Of a DNA stretch of 64,000 nucleotides, positions 10,154 to 17,410 are shown one piece after another; within the stretch, counting starts at the first letter, position 1, and each line of letters starts with the position of its first letter. Location: positions 3,360,001-3,424,000 of the forward strand of contig OZ255842.1 of assembly GCA_965277805.1 (NCBI GenBank), written 5' to 3'. The translations under genes were made by a program, and so were the position numbers. Below the pieces are notes generated by a model. It made no database searches and had not been told where the DNA came from. It worked only from the letters and a program-made list of their open reading frames with translations. This stretch comes from Candidatus Lustribacter sp. Lineage in GTDB: Bacteria; Vulcanimicrobiota; Vulcanimicrobiia; Vulcanimicrobiales; Vulcanimicrobiaceae.

Positions 10154-10758
10154 CAATCCGTGGCCACGAAGAGCGTGAAGTGTTCTTCCTGCAACGCGTT
10201 GACCGCCGCAACGCCGGCGGGCACCAGCATCATGCCGGGCAGCAGATGACCGGTCAGCGTTTGCAGTGACGTTCCGCAACGGCTGGCGAGTTGGGTCAGG
10301 GCGTTTTGGCAAACAAAAAAGGAGGCATGCCGGCGCTGCAGGTCGGTGATCGCCCAGCCCTGCGGCGCGCGCAGAAACGGATTTCCCGCCGTTGTGGACG
10401 TTACGCGGTCGCCCGCACTTCGAAGCAGCTGCGCGAGCGCGTACGTATTCCACGCATCGTCGTCCAATCCGAGGGCGACGCCGTTGCGATAGAACACGGC
10501 AGCGGCGTGAAGCGTCCCCGGACCCTCACCGAATCCGGTTTCGTATGCGTTGAGCGAGTTGTACATGAACCCGAACACCGCTCCGTCGGCGACCTGCCCG
10601 CTCGCAAACGCTTGACGATGCGAAAACGGCAAGCGTAGCCGCGCTTCGAAGGCAGGGCGGTCGAACGTTGCGCTCGCAGCCGAAGCCGGGAGCGCAAGTC
10701 CGGCCGAAGCCGCGCTCATCGCTCCGGCGGCCAAGAAGGCCGCTCGCTTTACGGGCAT
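10153..10758 (-). CDS. Exported hypothetical protein, possibly DsrE-like fold, with a Tat-like signal
   Basis: KRAAFL-type N-terminus; FFVCQNAL and LVPAGVAAVNALQEEHF resemble DsrE-family motifs; translationally coupled to wza. Confidence 0.6.
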   Translation of the reverse strand: MPVKRAAFLAAGAMSAASAGLALPASAASATFDRPAFEARLRLPFSHRQAFASGQVADGAVFGFMYNSLNAYETGFGEGPGTLHAAAVFYRNGVALGLDDDAWNTYALAQLLRSAGDRVTSTTAGNPFLRAPQGWAITDLQRRHASFFVCQNALTQLASRCGTSLQTLTGHLLPGMMLVPAGVAAVNALQEEHFTLFVATD

Positions 10759-11474
10759 CCGACCGGCGGTGCCGCGATCGGACCGCTGCCGCTGCCGGCG
10801 CTGAGCGCCGCTAAGCCGAAGAGTAAGGGTGCGAGGAAGAGTGCGTTATGCTTCGCAGCCACCGGCGCGGGCGGAAATTCGGTCGGGGGCGCGGGTGCTA
10901 CTGCGACGGGCTGATCGTCCGGCGGCGCAGCGGGCACATCCGCCACCGCTACCGGTGCGGCTGCGGGGACAACGGGCGCCGGCGGCACGACCGCCGCGAC
11001 GTGCGCGGGCGGCGCCGTTCGATGGGCGATCACCTTGCCTGGCTGACGCACGAGCGAAAGATTGCCGCATTTCGCAGGCATGTAGAGGGCCAAGACCTGG
11101 CCGTGCGAAGGAACGTCGACTTCCCAGCCATGCGTGCCGGCCGGGATGATGACGTCGTGCAGCGCGTAGACTTTGCCGCCGGCTTGCCAGGTCATCGAAT
11201 CGAGATGTCGCGGAACGGTGACCCAGGCAACGCGCGACGAGTCGATAGCGGCGTGAAACTGCGCGTACTCTCCGGGAGTCAGGCCGAGACGCGCCGCCGC
11301 CGCCGAAACGATACCTTCGTTACGGGCCACGCTAGCGCGCATTTCGGCTGTCGAGCGGCTCGTGCCGAGCAACGGCGCGGACCCCAGCTCGGCGATGACC
11401 GTCGGCTTCGCTAACGCGGGCGCTCCGCATAATGCGACGCATGCGGCGGCGAGAAAAATTCGTTGAGCAATCAT
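10749..11474 (-). CDS. Secreted hypothetical protein with Pro/Ala-rich linker and C-terminal hydrophobic segment
   Basis: Signal peptide MIAQRIFLAAACVALCGAPALA preceded by GAAGG; PKCGNLSL-like core end; P/A-rich tail; LFLAPLLFGLAAL segment. Confidence 0.7.
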   Translation of the reverse strand: MIAQRIFLAAACVALCGAPALAKPTVIAELGSAPLLGTSRSTAEMRASVARNEGIVSAAAARLGLTPGEYAQFHAAIDSSRVAWVTVPRHLDSMTWQAGGKVYALHDVIIPAGTHGWEVDVPSHGQVLALYMPAKCGNLSLVRQPGKVIAHRTAPPAHVAAVVPPAPVVPAAAPVAVADVPAAPPDDQPVAVAPAPPTEFPPAPVAAKHNALFLAPLLFGLAALSAGSGSGPIAAPPVGCP

Positions 11475-11506
11475 CGGCGTGCCTTCCTGAAGTCTGTGAC
11501 GAGAGA

Positions 11507-11881
11507 CTACCATGTCATGCGCGGCGCCGGATGTGCTGCACGGGTCGTTCGGCTTAGGGCCTTTGCCCTAGGCGACGGCTGGTGAACGTACATCGAGTGG
11601 GCATTGTGGGAAACGGTTTCCGGCGCGTCGCTCCGCACGATACGAAGGAGACGGTCCATCCGTGCGGCGATAAGGATACGGCGTAGTGTCGGCGTCAGAT
11701 TTACAAGGGAAACGTTCTCCGCGCCCAGGCGGCGCGTGAGCAAAACGACTTCCGCCAATGCGGCAGCCCCGAGCCAGGCGCGAGTGAGATCGATGGTCAC
11801 TGGGCCGGAGGCCCAGCCGAAGGCCTCGTGCAGCGCCGGCTGTGCGCAAGAGTCGAATTGGCCGTTCAAGCGGATGATCAA
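11507..11881 (-). CDS. STAS-domain protein (anti-sigma-factor antagonist-like)
   Basis: IIRLNGQFD...VTIDLTRAWLGAAALAEVV...LRRILIAARMDRLL; TTG start at 11881 after GGAGAGGGG. Confidence 0.65.
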   Translation of the reverse strand: MIIRLNGQFDSCAQPALHEAFGWASGPVTIDLTRAWLGAAALAEVVLLTRRLGAENVSLVNLTPTLRRILIAARMDRLLRIVRSDAPETVSHNAHSMYVHQPSPRAKALSRTTRAAHPAPRMTW

Positions 11882-11981
11882 GGTGGCCCCTCTCCATAGA
11901 AGCTGCGGACGAGAATAAGAATAAACGGGCGCTCGCAGACGCACGAGCGCTGGAAGTCGCGAATGTTACGGGACCAATGGC

Positions 11982-13634
11982 CTATTGCTGTTGCCGGCGT
12001 ACGATCGCGATCGATGGGCCGGTTGGGTCCTTCAGAGTAAAGACGACGCGCGCACGCGGATCCGGAATTCCCGCAGCCAGCCATTTGGTGACGTATGGAC
12101 GCTCACTCGCGTACTCGCTGTCGAGTACGACGTAGCGCGGATTGACTTGCTCCACATAGCGCAAAGCCGTGGCGGCATCGGGCGCGTACGGTAGCATCCA
12201 CCACGTGCCGCCCGCGTAGAATACCGACTGGTCGCTGATGCTCAGGATGCGCGCGCCGGCGCCGCCGTTCTGCGCGAGCCACGTCCCGGCCGTCCGCTCG
12301 ACGAGCGACTGAGCATCGTCGACGAACCGGATCTTAGTCGAAAACAAGAGCGCGAGCAAGCACACAGCGAGGAGCGCCGGCGCTGCAAGGGCCACGAAGC
12401 GATTGGACACGCGCCGGGCGATCGCGGCCTCGGTCACGGCGATGCCGTTCGCGGCCCAAACGATCAAGAGTGGCACGAAGCCTACGAAGTAGCGATCCCA
12501 AAAGTGAAAAACGGAGGCCAGGGCGATCGCAATGACCACGCCGTACGCGACCAGGATCGCCTGATTCCAAACCCGGCGCCGCGACCATGGTCCGGCACAA
12601 AATCCAAATGCTGCGAGCAGGCTGAGCGCCACGGTCCCGCACAACGGGGAGATAATGACGTGAGCGATTTCGCGCACGTGCCGGGCGAGATTCTGCAGCC
12701 CGAAGAGCGCGACGGTTCCGAACCCGGGCTTCGCGCGGCCCGGCGGCTCGAAGTAGTACGCCTGGTCGAGCTCGGGCCCGGTTTGCTTCAAATTGCGGTC
12801 GATGGCATCGGCGGCAACCGTGTAACTCATGCCGCTCTTCATCCGCAATCCGATATCCAGGTTCAAGACGCTCTTGCCCTCGATGCGGATGTGACCGGCA
12901 TGCGAGGTTAAGAACGCGACGTACGGCGCGACCAGGACAAGGAACGGAAGGACCAGCGCAAGCATCACGACGGCGGCGCTGCGGCTGTTGGCGCGCCACA
13001 GCACGAACGTGACGAGCACGACGACGGCGGCCAGCCCCCATAGCAGGGCCCCTTCGGGGCGCGTGAGATAGGCCAGCGCGAGTGCGATGCTGCAAGCGGG
13101 GGCATCGGCCGCGCGCCCGCCGTTGACGATGCGCAACAAGAAGTGAACGCCGGTGGCTGCCAGCGTCAGGAACAGCATATCGGCGAGGACGACCGTCGAG
13201 AGCTGGACGGCAAACGGGAGAACGGCGGTTATGAGCGCTGCCGCATATCCCGCCGCCCGTCCGTAACAGGTGGCCGCGATGCCGTACGCGGGAAAGATGA
13301 ACGCCGCGCCGCTGAGCAAGGACACGTCGACGCCGGCCTGCGCGACGTCGCCGGCAAGCGGAAGCAGCGCGGCGATTGCGAGCGGGTACAACGGCGGAAA
13401 GACGAACATCGTCGTCCCGCGCAAGCCGACATATCCATGCCCGGCGACGAGATTGGCCGCGATTCTCGCGTACTCGGCTCCGTCCCACGTGATCTCACTC
13501 GGCCCGTGCCAAACGAGCCATGCGATGCGGACCGCAAGCGCGCAGAGCGCGATGCCGAGCAGCATGACGACCGTGGACACGTGCCCTACGGCCCGTGCCT
13601 GAGATCCGCCGGCGGTCGCTACGCGCGTCGACAC
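11982..13634 (-). CDS. GT-C superfamily membrane glycosyltransferase (ArnT/PMT-like), intact copy
   Basis: Many TM segments; WDGAEYARIAANL, FPPLYPL and LAYLTRPEG; C-terminal periplasmic domain. Confidence 0.85.
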   Translation of the reverse strand: MSTRVATAGGSQARAVGHVSTVVMLLGIALCALAVRIAWLVWHGPSEITWDGAEYARIAANLVAGHGYVGLRGTTMFVFPPLYPLAIAALLPLAGDVAQAGVDVSLLSGAAFIFPAYGIAATCYGRAAGYAAALITAVLPFAVQLSTVVLADMLFLTLAATGVHFLLRIVNGGRAADAPACSIALALAYLTRPEGALLWGLAAVVVLVTFVLWRANSRSAAVVMLALVLPFLVLVAPYVAFLTSHAGHIRIEGKSVLNLDIGLRMKSGMSYTVAADAIDRNLKQTGPELDQAYYFEPPGRAKPGFGTVALFGLQNLARHVREIAHVIISPLCGTVALSLLAAFGFCAGPWSRRRVWNQAILVAYGVVIAIALASVFHFWDRYFVGFVPLLIVWAANGIAVTEAAIARRVSNRFVALAAPALLAVCLLALLFSTKIRFVDDAQSLVERTAGTWLAQNGGAGARILSISDQSVFYAGGTWWMLPYAPDAATALRYVEQVNPRYVVLDSEYASERPYVTKWLAAGIPDPRARVVFTLKDPTGPSIAIVRRQQQ

Positions 13635-13649
13635 GATGGACGAGGGAAT

Positions 13650-13940
13650 TTAGTGGAGCGAACGGCGCGGAGCGCGCAGTCCTGGCTCGTCACCCTTGAT
13701 CGTCGTTGCAAACCGGGTGCCCGCCGGAACGGCCTCGCGGGGACTCCGGCGGCGCGCCATGTATTCACCGTGCACGGCGCAGCCGACGAAGTGGACCGAG
13801 TCGAAATCTTTTCCGACGCACGCGCAGCCGCAGGCCCACGAGGCACCGACGCACGTCGTGCCGACGCGCAGTACCGGCTCCGCCGCCGGAGCGATCGGAC
13901 ACTCTTTGAGGCGTAAACGGATCGAGAGCAGTGCATCCAT
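13650..13940 (-). CDS. Small Cys-rich hypothetical protein, copy 1
   Basis: 96 aa with ECP...TTCVG..W.CGCACVG.DFDSVHFVGCAVH, conserved in frame in the copy at 20368-20661; TAACCT hexamer 6 nt upstream of the ATG. Confidence 0.7.
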   Translation of the reverse strand: MDALLSIRLRLKECPIAPAAEPVLRVGTTCVGASWACGCACVGKDFDSVHFVGCAVHGEYMARRRSPREAVPAGTRFATTIKGDEPGLRAPRRSLH

Positions 13941-14014
13941 CGAATAAGGTTAGCGCGCACGGCGCCGCAACGCATGGGTCAAGCTGCCCAAAACGGCAGG
14001 GCCGATCGGTGCTC

Positions 14015-14114
14015 CTACGCCGTTCGTTTGACCGGCTCGACGCCATGCGCCGGACCGAGACGCGTTCGTGTCGCTGCGAAGCCCGCCTTGAGCAGCGACT
14101 GTACAAGACGGTAA
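14015..14114 (-). pseudogene. 3' remnant of an acyltransferase-3 gene
   Basis: YRLVQSLLKAGFAATRTRLGPAHGVEPVKRTA* aligns with YRLEQPLLKTGFAPLLAAIRARLDPRYEIEPLKRAA* of 20736-21869. Confidence 0.8.
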
Positions 14115-14119
14115 CCCGC

Positions 14120-14570
14120 TGTCGGCGTCCTAATGATCTTGAATGTGTTGGTGGCCGGCGCAAAGTGCGCGCTCGCCGAACCACCGAAGCGCATGAGCCA
14201 AAGCGGGTTCGAGGATCCGAAACGATGCCGTATGCGTGAACGTGTGCGTGGTCGACCGTCGACGTTGCTGTGCGGCGGCACCACCATCGACTCTTGCGTG
14301 AAATCGGGATGCGTCGCCGGTGAAGCTTGATCGAGCTCGAGTTCGCCGGGGATGTAGCCCGGCTTATTGGCCGCCACCGCGTACTGGGTTATCTTACCAG
14401 TCGGCGGATCGAGTGTGCCGATATTTTGCTGACCGAAATCCGAGTATAAAATTTGACCGTCGACGTTTTGGATCACATCGTGCTGCTGCACCAAATGTTC
14501 GGCAGATCGTACGACGTGATGATGACGTGGGTGGCCGCGCCCTTCAGACGCGGCACGGTTTTCAGAGCCC
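14120..14570 (-). pseudogene. Internally deleted remnant of the Vgb-like beta-propeller gene
   Basis: Blocks HDVIQ..DG..YSDFGQQNIG.LDP.TGKITQYAV..NKPGYI.GELELDQ, ATHPDFTQESMV.P.HS.VDG and LWLM.FGG...AHF.PA.N.FKII.TPT match 24578-26254, with the intervening segments missing. Confidence 0.9.
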
Positions 14571-14763
14571 TGTTTTCTGTATAGGCGCGCGCGCTCGCCG
14601 GCGCGACGTTGGATATGCTTCACGGCGCCTAGCGTCGAGGGTCATATGGCATGGTGCGCGTAGGAACCGCGGCCCCTCGCTCTAGGTGTTCGACGCGAGG
14701 TACAATGCAAAGCCATGGTACCAACCGGTTCGTCGTCGCCCGGAAGTCGGCGATCGGCCCCAC

Positions 14764-16317
14764 ATGCCTGACAACCCCTCCCGCACAAAAATCGACATAG
14801 CCGCCGGTACGATCGCGATACTCGCTATTGCGATCGCAGCTGTCACGCGCATCGGGGGGATTTTCCGCTACACGGATTTCTTCGGTGACGAGGCTCGTGA
14901 CGCGCTTCGAGTCCTCGCGATGCACGCCGGGTCCTGGCCTACACTGGGTCCGGAAACGCAGGTTGGGTGGCAGCTGCCGCCCCTTTACTATTACCTGATC
15001 TTTCCGGCGACGCTCTTCGGACCGCATCCGCTCTTGCAAGCACTTCCGAACGCCGTTCTCTCAGTGCTCGCAGTCGCATTGCTGATGCTTCTGGTCTATC
15101 GCCTGCTCGAGGGCGTCAACGAAGAACGTCGCCGTATCATCGCGTCGGTGTGCGGGCTTTGGTGGAGCGTTTTATTCGCCGACTTGTTCCTCAATAACCG
15201 AGAATGGAATCCGAGTTCCATTCCGTTTTTCATGCTCTGCTTCGTCCTGCTTCTGACCGAGCAGCATCGGCAGCCCCGTCTCGCCGTAAAGGCCGGCATA
15301 TGGGTCGCGATCGGTATTTGCCTGGCAATTCTCGAGAGCTTGCACGGCAGCACGCTCCTCGTAATGCCCGTCGTTTTCTTGGGCGTGACCGCGTTTGACA
15401 TAAGCCGTTGCGCTCGCGATCCGCGCCGGTGGATTGCACCGTTCGTTTCGTTACTCACCATGGGCCTTTGCCTGACGCCCTACTGGGCCGGCGAGGCGAC
15501 ACGCGGATGGGCAAATTCCCGTGCGTTCGTTAGCTCGATCTTCGCACACGGGTCCGCCGCACCGACAGTTCTGATCCGCCTCAATACGGTACGGGCGGCA
15601 TGGACGTCGATGAGCGAGCAAGTGTTCTTCGTCGATGGCGGACCCTGGCTCAAGCTCGCTGGCATCTCCGTCCTGGTCGCATTGCCGATCTTCGCGGTGC
15701 TATTGCGCTTTCGTGGCGATCGCCGTCTTCTCGCGATTCTCGTCTTTCTATGGGCCGTCTATCTCTATGCTTCGTCGAACTATTATCCTAATCCAAACTA
15801 TATCCATTACAAGTTGCCGTTACTGCTCGTGCCGATCGTTCTTACCGCGTTCATCGCGGCGAGGTTCGATGGAAGTTGGCGCGGCAGAACCGGCGTCGCA
15901 TTGCTGGCCGGCTGGATCGCAATTTCCCTCTTTCTGAACGCCCGGCTCGATGCGGATTATTTGGTTTCCAAGGCGGGAGCGGAACGGGTCATGACAGTGG
16001 ATGATATGGTTGCCGCTCTCCAGTCATTACCTGCCGGATCGACCGTCTTTCAAGAGCCAGACAAATATAACGATGAATTATCGCTCGAATATCTTGGAAC
16101 GGGCGTGGTGCACCGGGGCTTGCGGTTCGTCGCATCGCCTCAGGTGGGCGAATTCGTCATCCAGCCGCGATATGATTACCGTCATTCGAGCCGTGAAAAC
16201 TATGAGACGTCGGACTTCCACCTGCGTCCGCTCGAACCGATAACATCGCCGCTTCTGAGTCACGTGCTGCAGCCTTTCGCCGAGGCGCCGGCCTACCGGA
16301 TCTATGTGCTAAAGTAG
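14764..16317 (+). CDS. GT-C superfamily membrane glycosyltransferase (ArnT-like)
   Basis: FFGDEARDAL..., PTLGP....WQLPPLYYYL and WNPS motifs; multiple TM segments; visibly more AT-rich than flanking genes. Confidence 0.75.
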   Translation: MPDNPSRTKIDIAAGTIAILAIAIAAVTRIGGIFRYTDFFGDEARDALRVLAMHAGSWPTLGPETQVGWQLPPLYYYLIFPATLFGPHPLLQALPNAVLSVLAVALLMLLVYRLLEGVNEERRRIIASVCGLWWSVLFADLFLNNREWNPSSIPFFMLCFVLLLTEQHRQPRLAVKAGIWVAIGICLAILESLHGSTLLVMPVVFLGVTAFDISRCARDPRRWIAPFVSLLTMGLCLTPYWAGEATRGWANSRAFVSSIFAHGSAAPTVLIRLNTVRAAWTSMSEQVFFVDGGPWLKLAGISVLVALPIFAVLLRFRGDRRLLAILVFLWAVYLYASSNYYPNPNYIHYKLPLLLVPIVLTAFIAARFDGSWRGRTGVALLAGWIAISLFLNARLDADYLVSKAGAERVMTVDDMVAALQSLPAGSTVFQEPDKYNDELSLEYLGTGVVHRGLRFVASPQVGEFVIQPRYDYRHSSRENYETSDFHLRPLEPITSPLLSHVLQPFAEAPAYRIYVLK

Positions 16318-16333
16318 GCTTCCGGAAAATGAG

Positions 16334-17125
16334 CTAGAATCGACGGCGGCCAAAAAGGCGGCCGCGATAAATCCGCCCCAGCTGACGGAGATAGTTGAAG
16401 ATTTCTTTTTGATTCAATTTCGAGTCGCCCGCGAGACGATCCGTGAACACGTATGGTACTTCAAGCGCGCGGCCGTAGCGGGCCTTGGCGATCACTTCGA
16501 GACCGATCTTGAAACCAATCGGGTCGATTTCAATGCCGTCGAGCGACGAGCGCCGAACGAGAAAGAAGCCCGACGTGATATCGCGCACGCGCGTCAATGG
16601 CTTCGCTAATGCGATGGCAACCAGCGAAGTGATGCGGCGCCGCATCGGCCAGTTCTCGATACCGCCTCCCGGCACATAGCGCGACCCGATCGCCAAGCCA
16701 TACTCGCCCGAGGCCAGCGCCACAATCATCTCGGGGATCACTTTTGGGTCGTGAGAGAAGTCCGCATCGATTGCGCCCACGACATCGGATTCCGGCCTGG
16801 CGAAGCGCCAGCCGTCGATCACGGCCGATGACAAACCCAGCTTGCCGGGCCGATGCAGACAGCGCACAGGATACACCTCAGCCAAGGCATCGACGACCGC
16901 GCCGGTGCCGTCGGGCGAGTTGTCGTCGACGACGATGATCTCACCATCGAGGCGATGTGCCCTGAATACAGAGACGAGAGAAGCAATTAGCCGTTCGATG
17001 CCGGCGGCCTCATTGTAGGTCGGTACGACGATCGAGAACTTCAGCGCACGCGCTGCCCGGCCGCTTTCAGCTTCTTCCACGTGAAGCACGGTTTGCGCTA
17101 GCAAGTTCGAACCGGAGTAAGCCAT
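16334..17125 (-). CDS. GT2 polyprenol-monophosphate sugar synthase (DPM1/Ppm1-like)
   Basis: SIVVPTYNE, VVDDNSPDGT, IDADFSHDP, GSRYVPGG and DRLAGDSKL. Confidence 0.9.
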   Translation of the reverse strand: MAYSGSNLLAQTVLHVEEAESGRAARALKFSIVVPTYNEAAGIERLIASLVSVFRAHRLDGEIIVVDDNSPDGTGAVVDALAEVYPVRCLHRPGKLGLSSAVIDGWRFARPESDVVGAIDADFSHDPKVIPEMIVALASGEYGLAIGSRYVPGGGIENWPMRRRITSLVAIALAKPLTRVRDITSGFFLVRRSSLDGIEIDPIGFKIGLEVIAKARYGRALEVPYVFTDRLAGDSKLNQKEIFNYLRQLGRIYRGRLFGRRRF

Positions 17126-17410
17126 CGCTGTGCCGCCTTACGACAAATGCCGGAAACACCGGCAGAGTGCGGATGTTCAAACGAGAATTTTGGTTAGTAA
17201 AGCTGCATGTTTTAGCGTTTGCAGCGGTGCCGAACCTTCAGTGTTTTTGGTACTTTAGTCGGTGAGCGTTAGGACCTATGCCGCACTCGAACGGTTTGGC
17301 CCACCGATTCGTGGTAAACTCGCTTGGACGCAACGGCGGATCCTGTGTTTTGGATCGGACCACGGCGATGAACATTAAGGCGCACAAAATGCGGAGGGGA
17401 AGTCCAGGGA

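Larger units (their letters stand above)
12295..14114. repeat. Segmental duplication, copy A (GT-C gene, Cys-rich ORF, acyltransferase 3' end)
   Basis: Collinear nucleotide similarity with about 19060-20847; both copies carry ACACTCTTTGAG, GCATGGGTCAAGCTGCCC and GTAGCGATCCCAAAA. Confidence 0.9.

Noticed and set aside
17126-17410. Possible ncRNA or riboswitch in the AT-rich spacer (46244-46333 also examined)
   Set aside because: No recognisable riboswitch consensus or convincing structure by eye; better explained as promoter DNA. An Rfam/Infernal scan would settle it.
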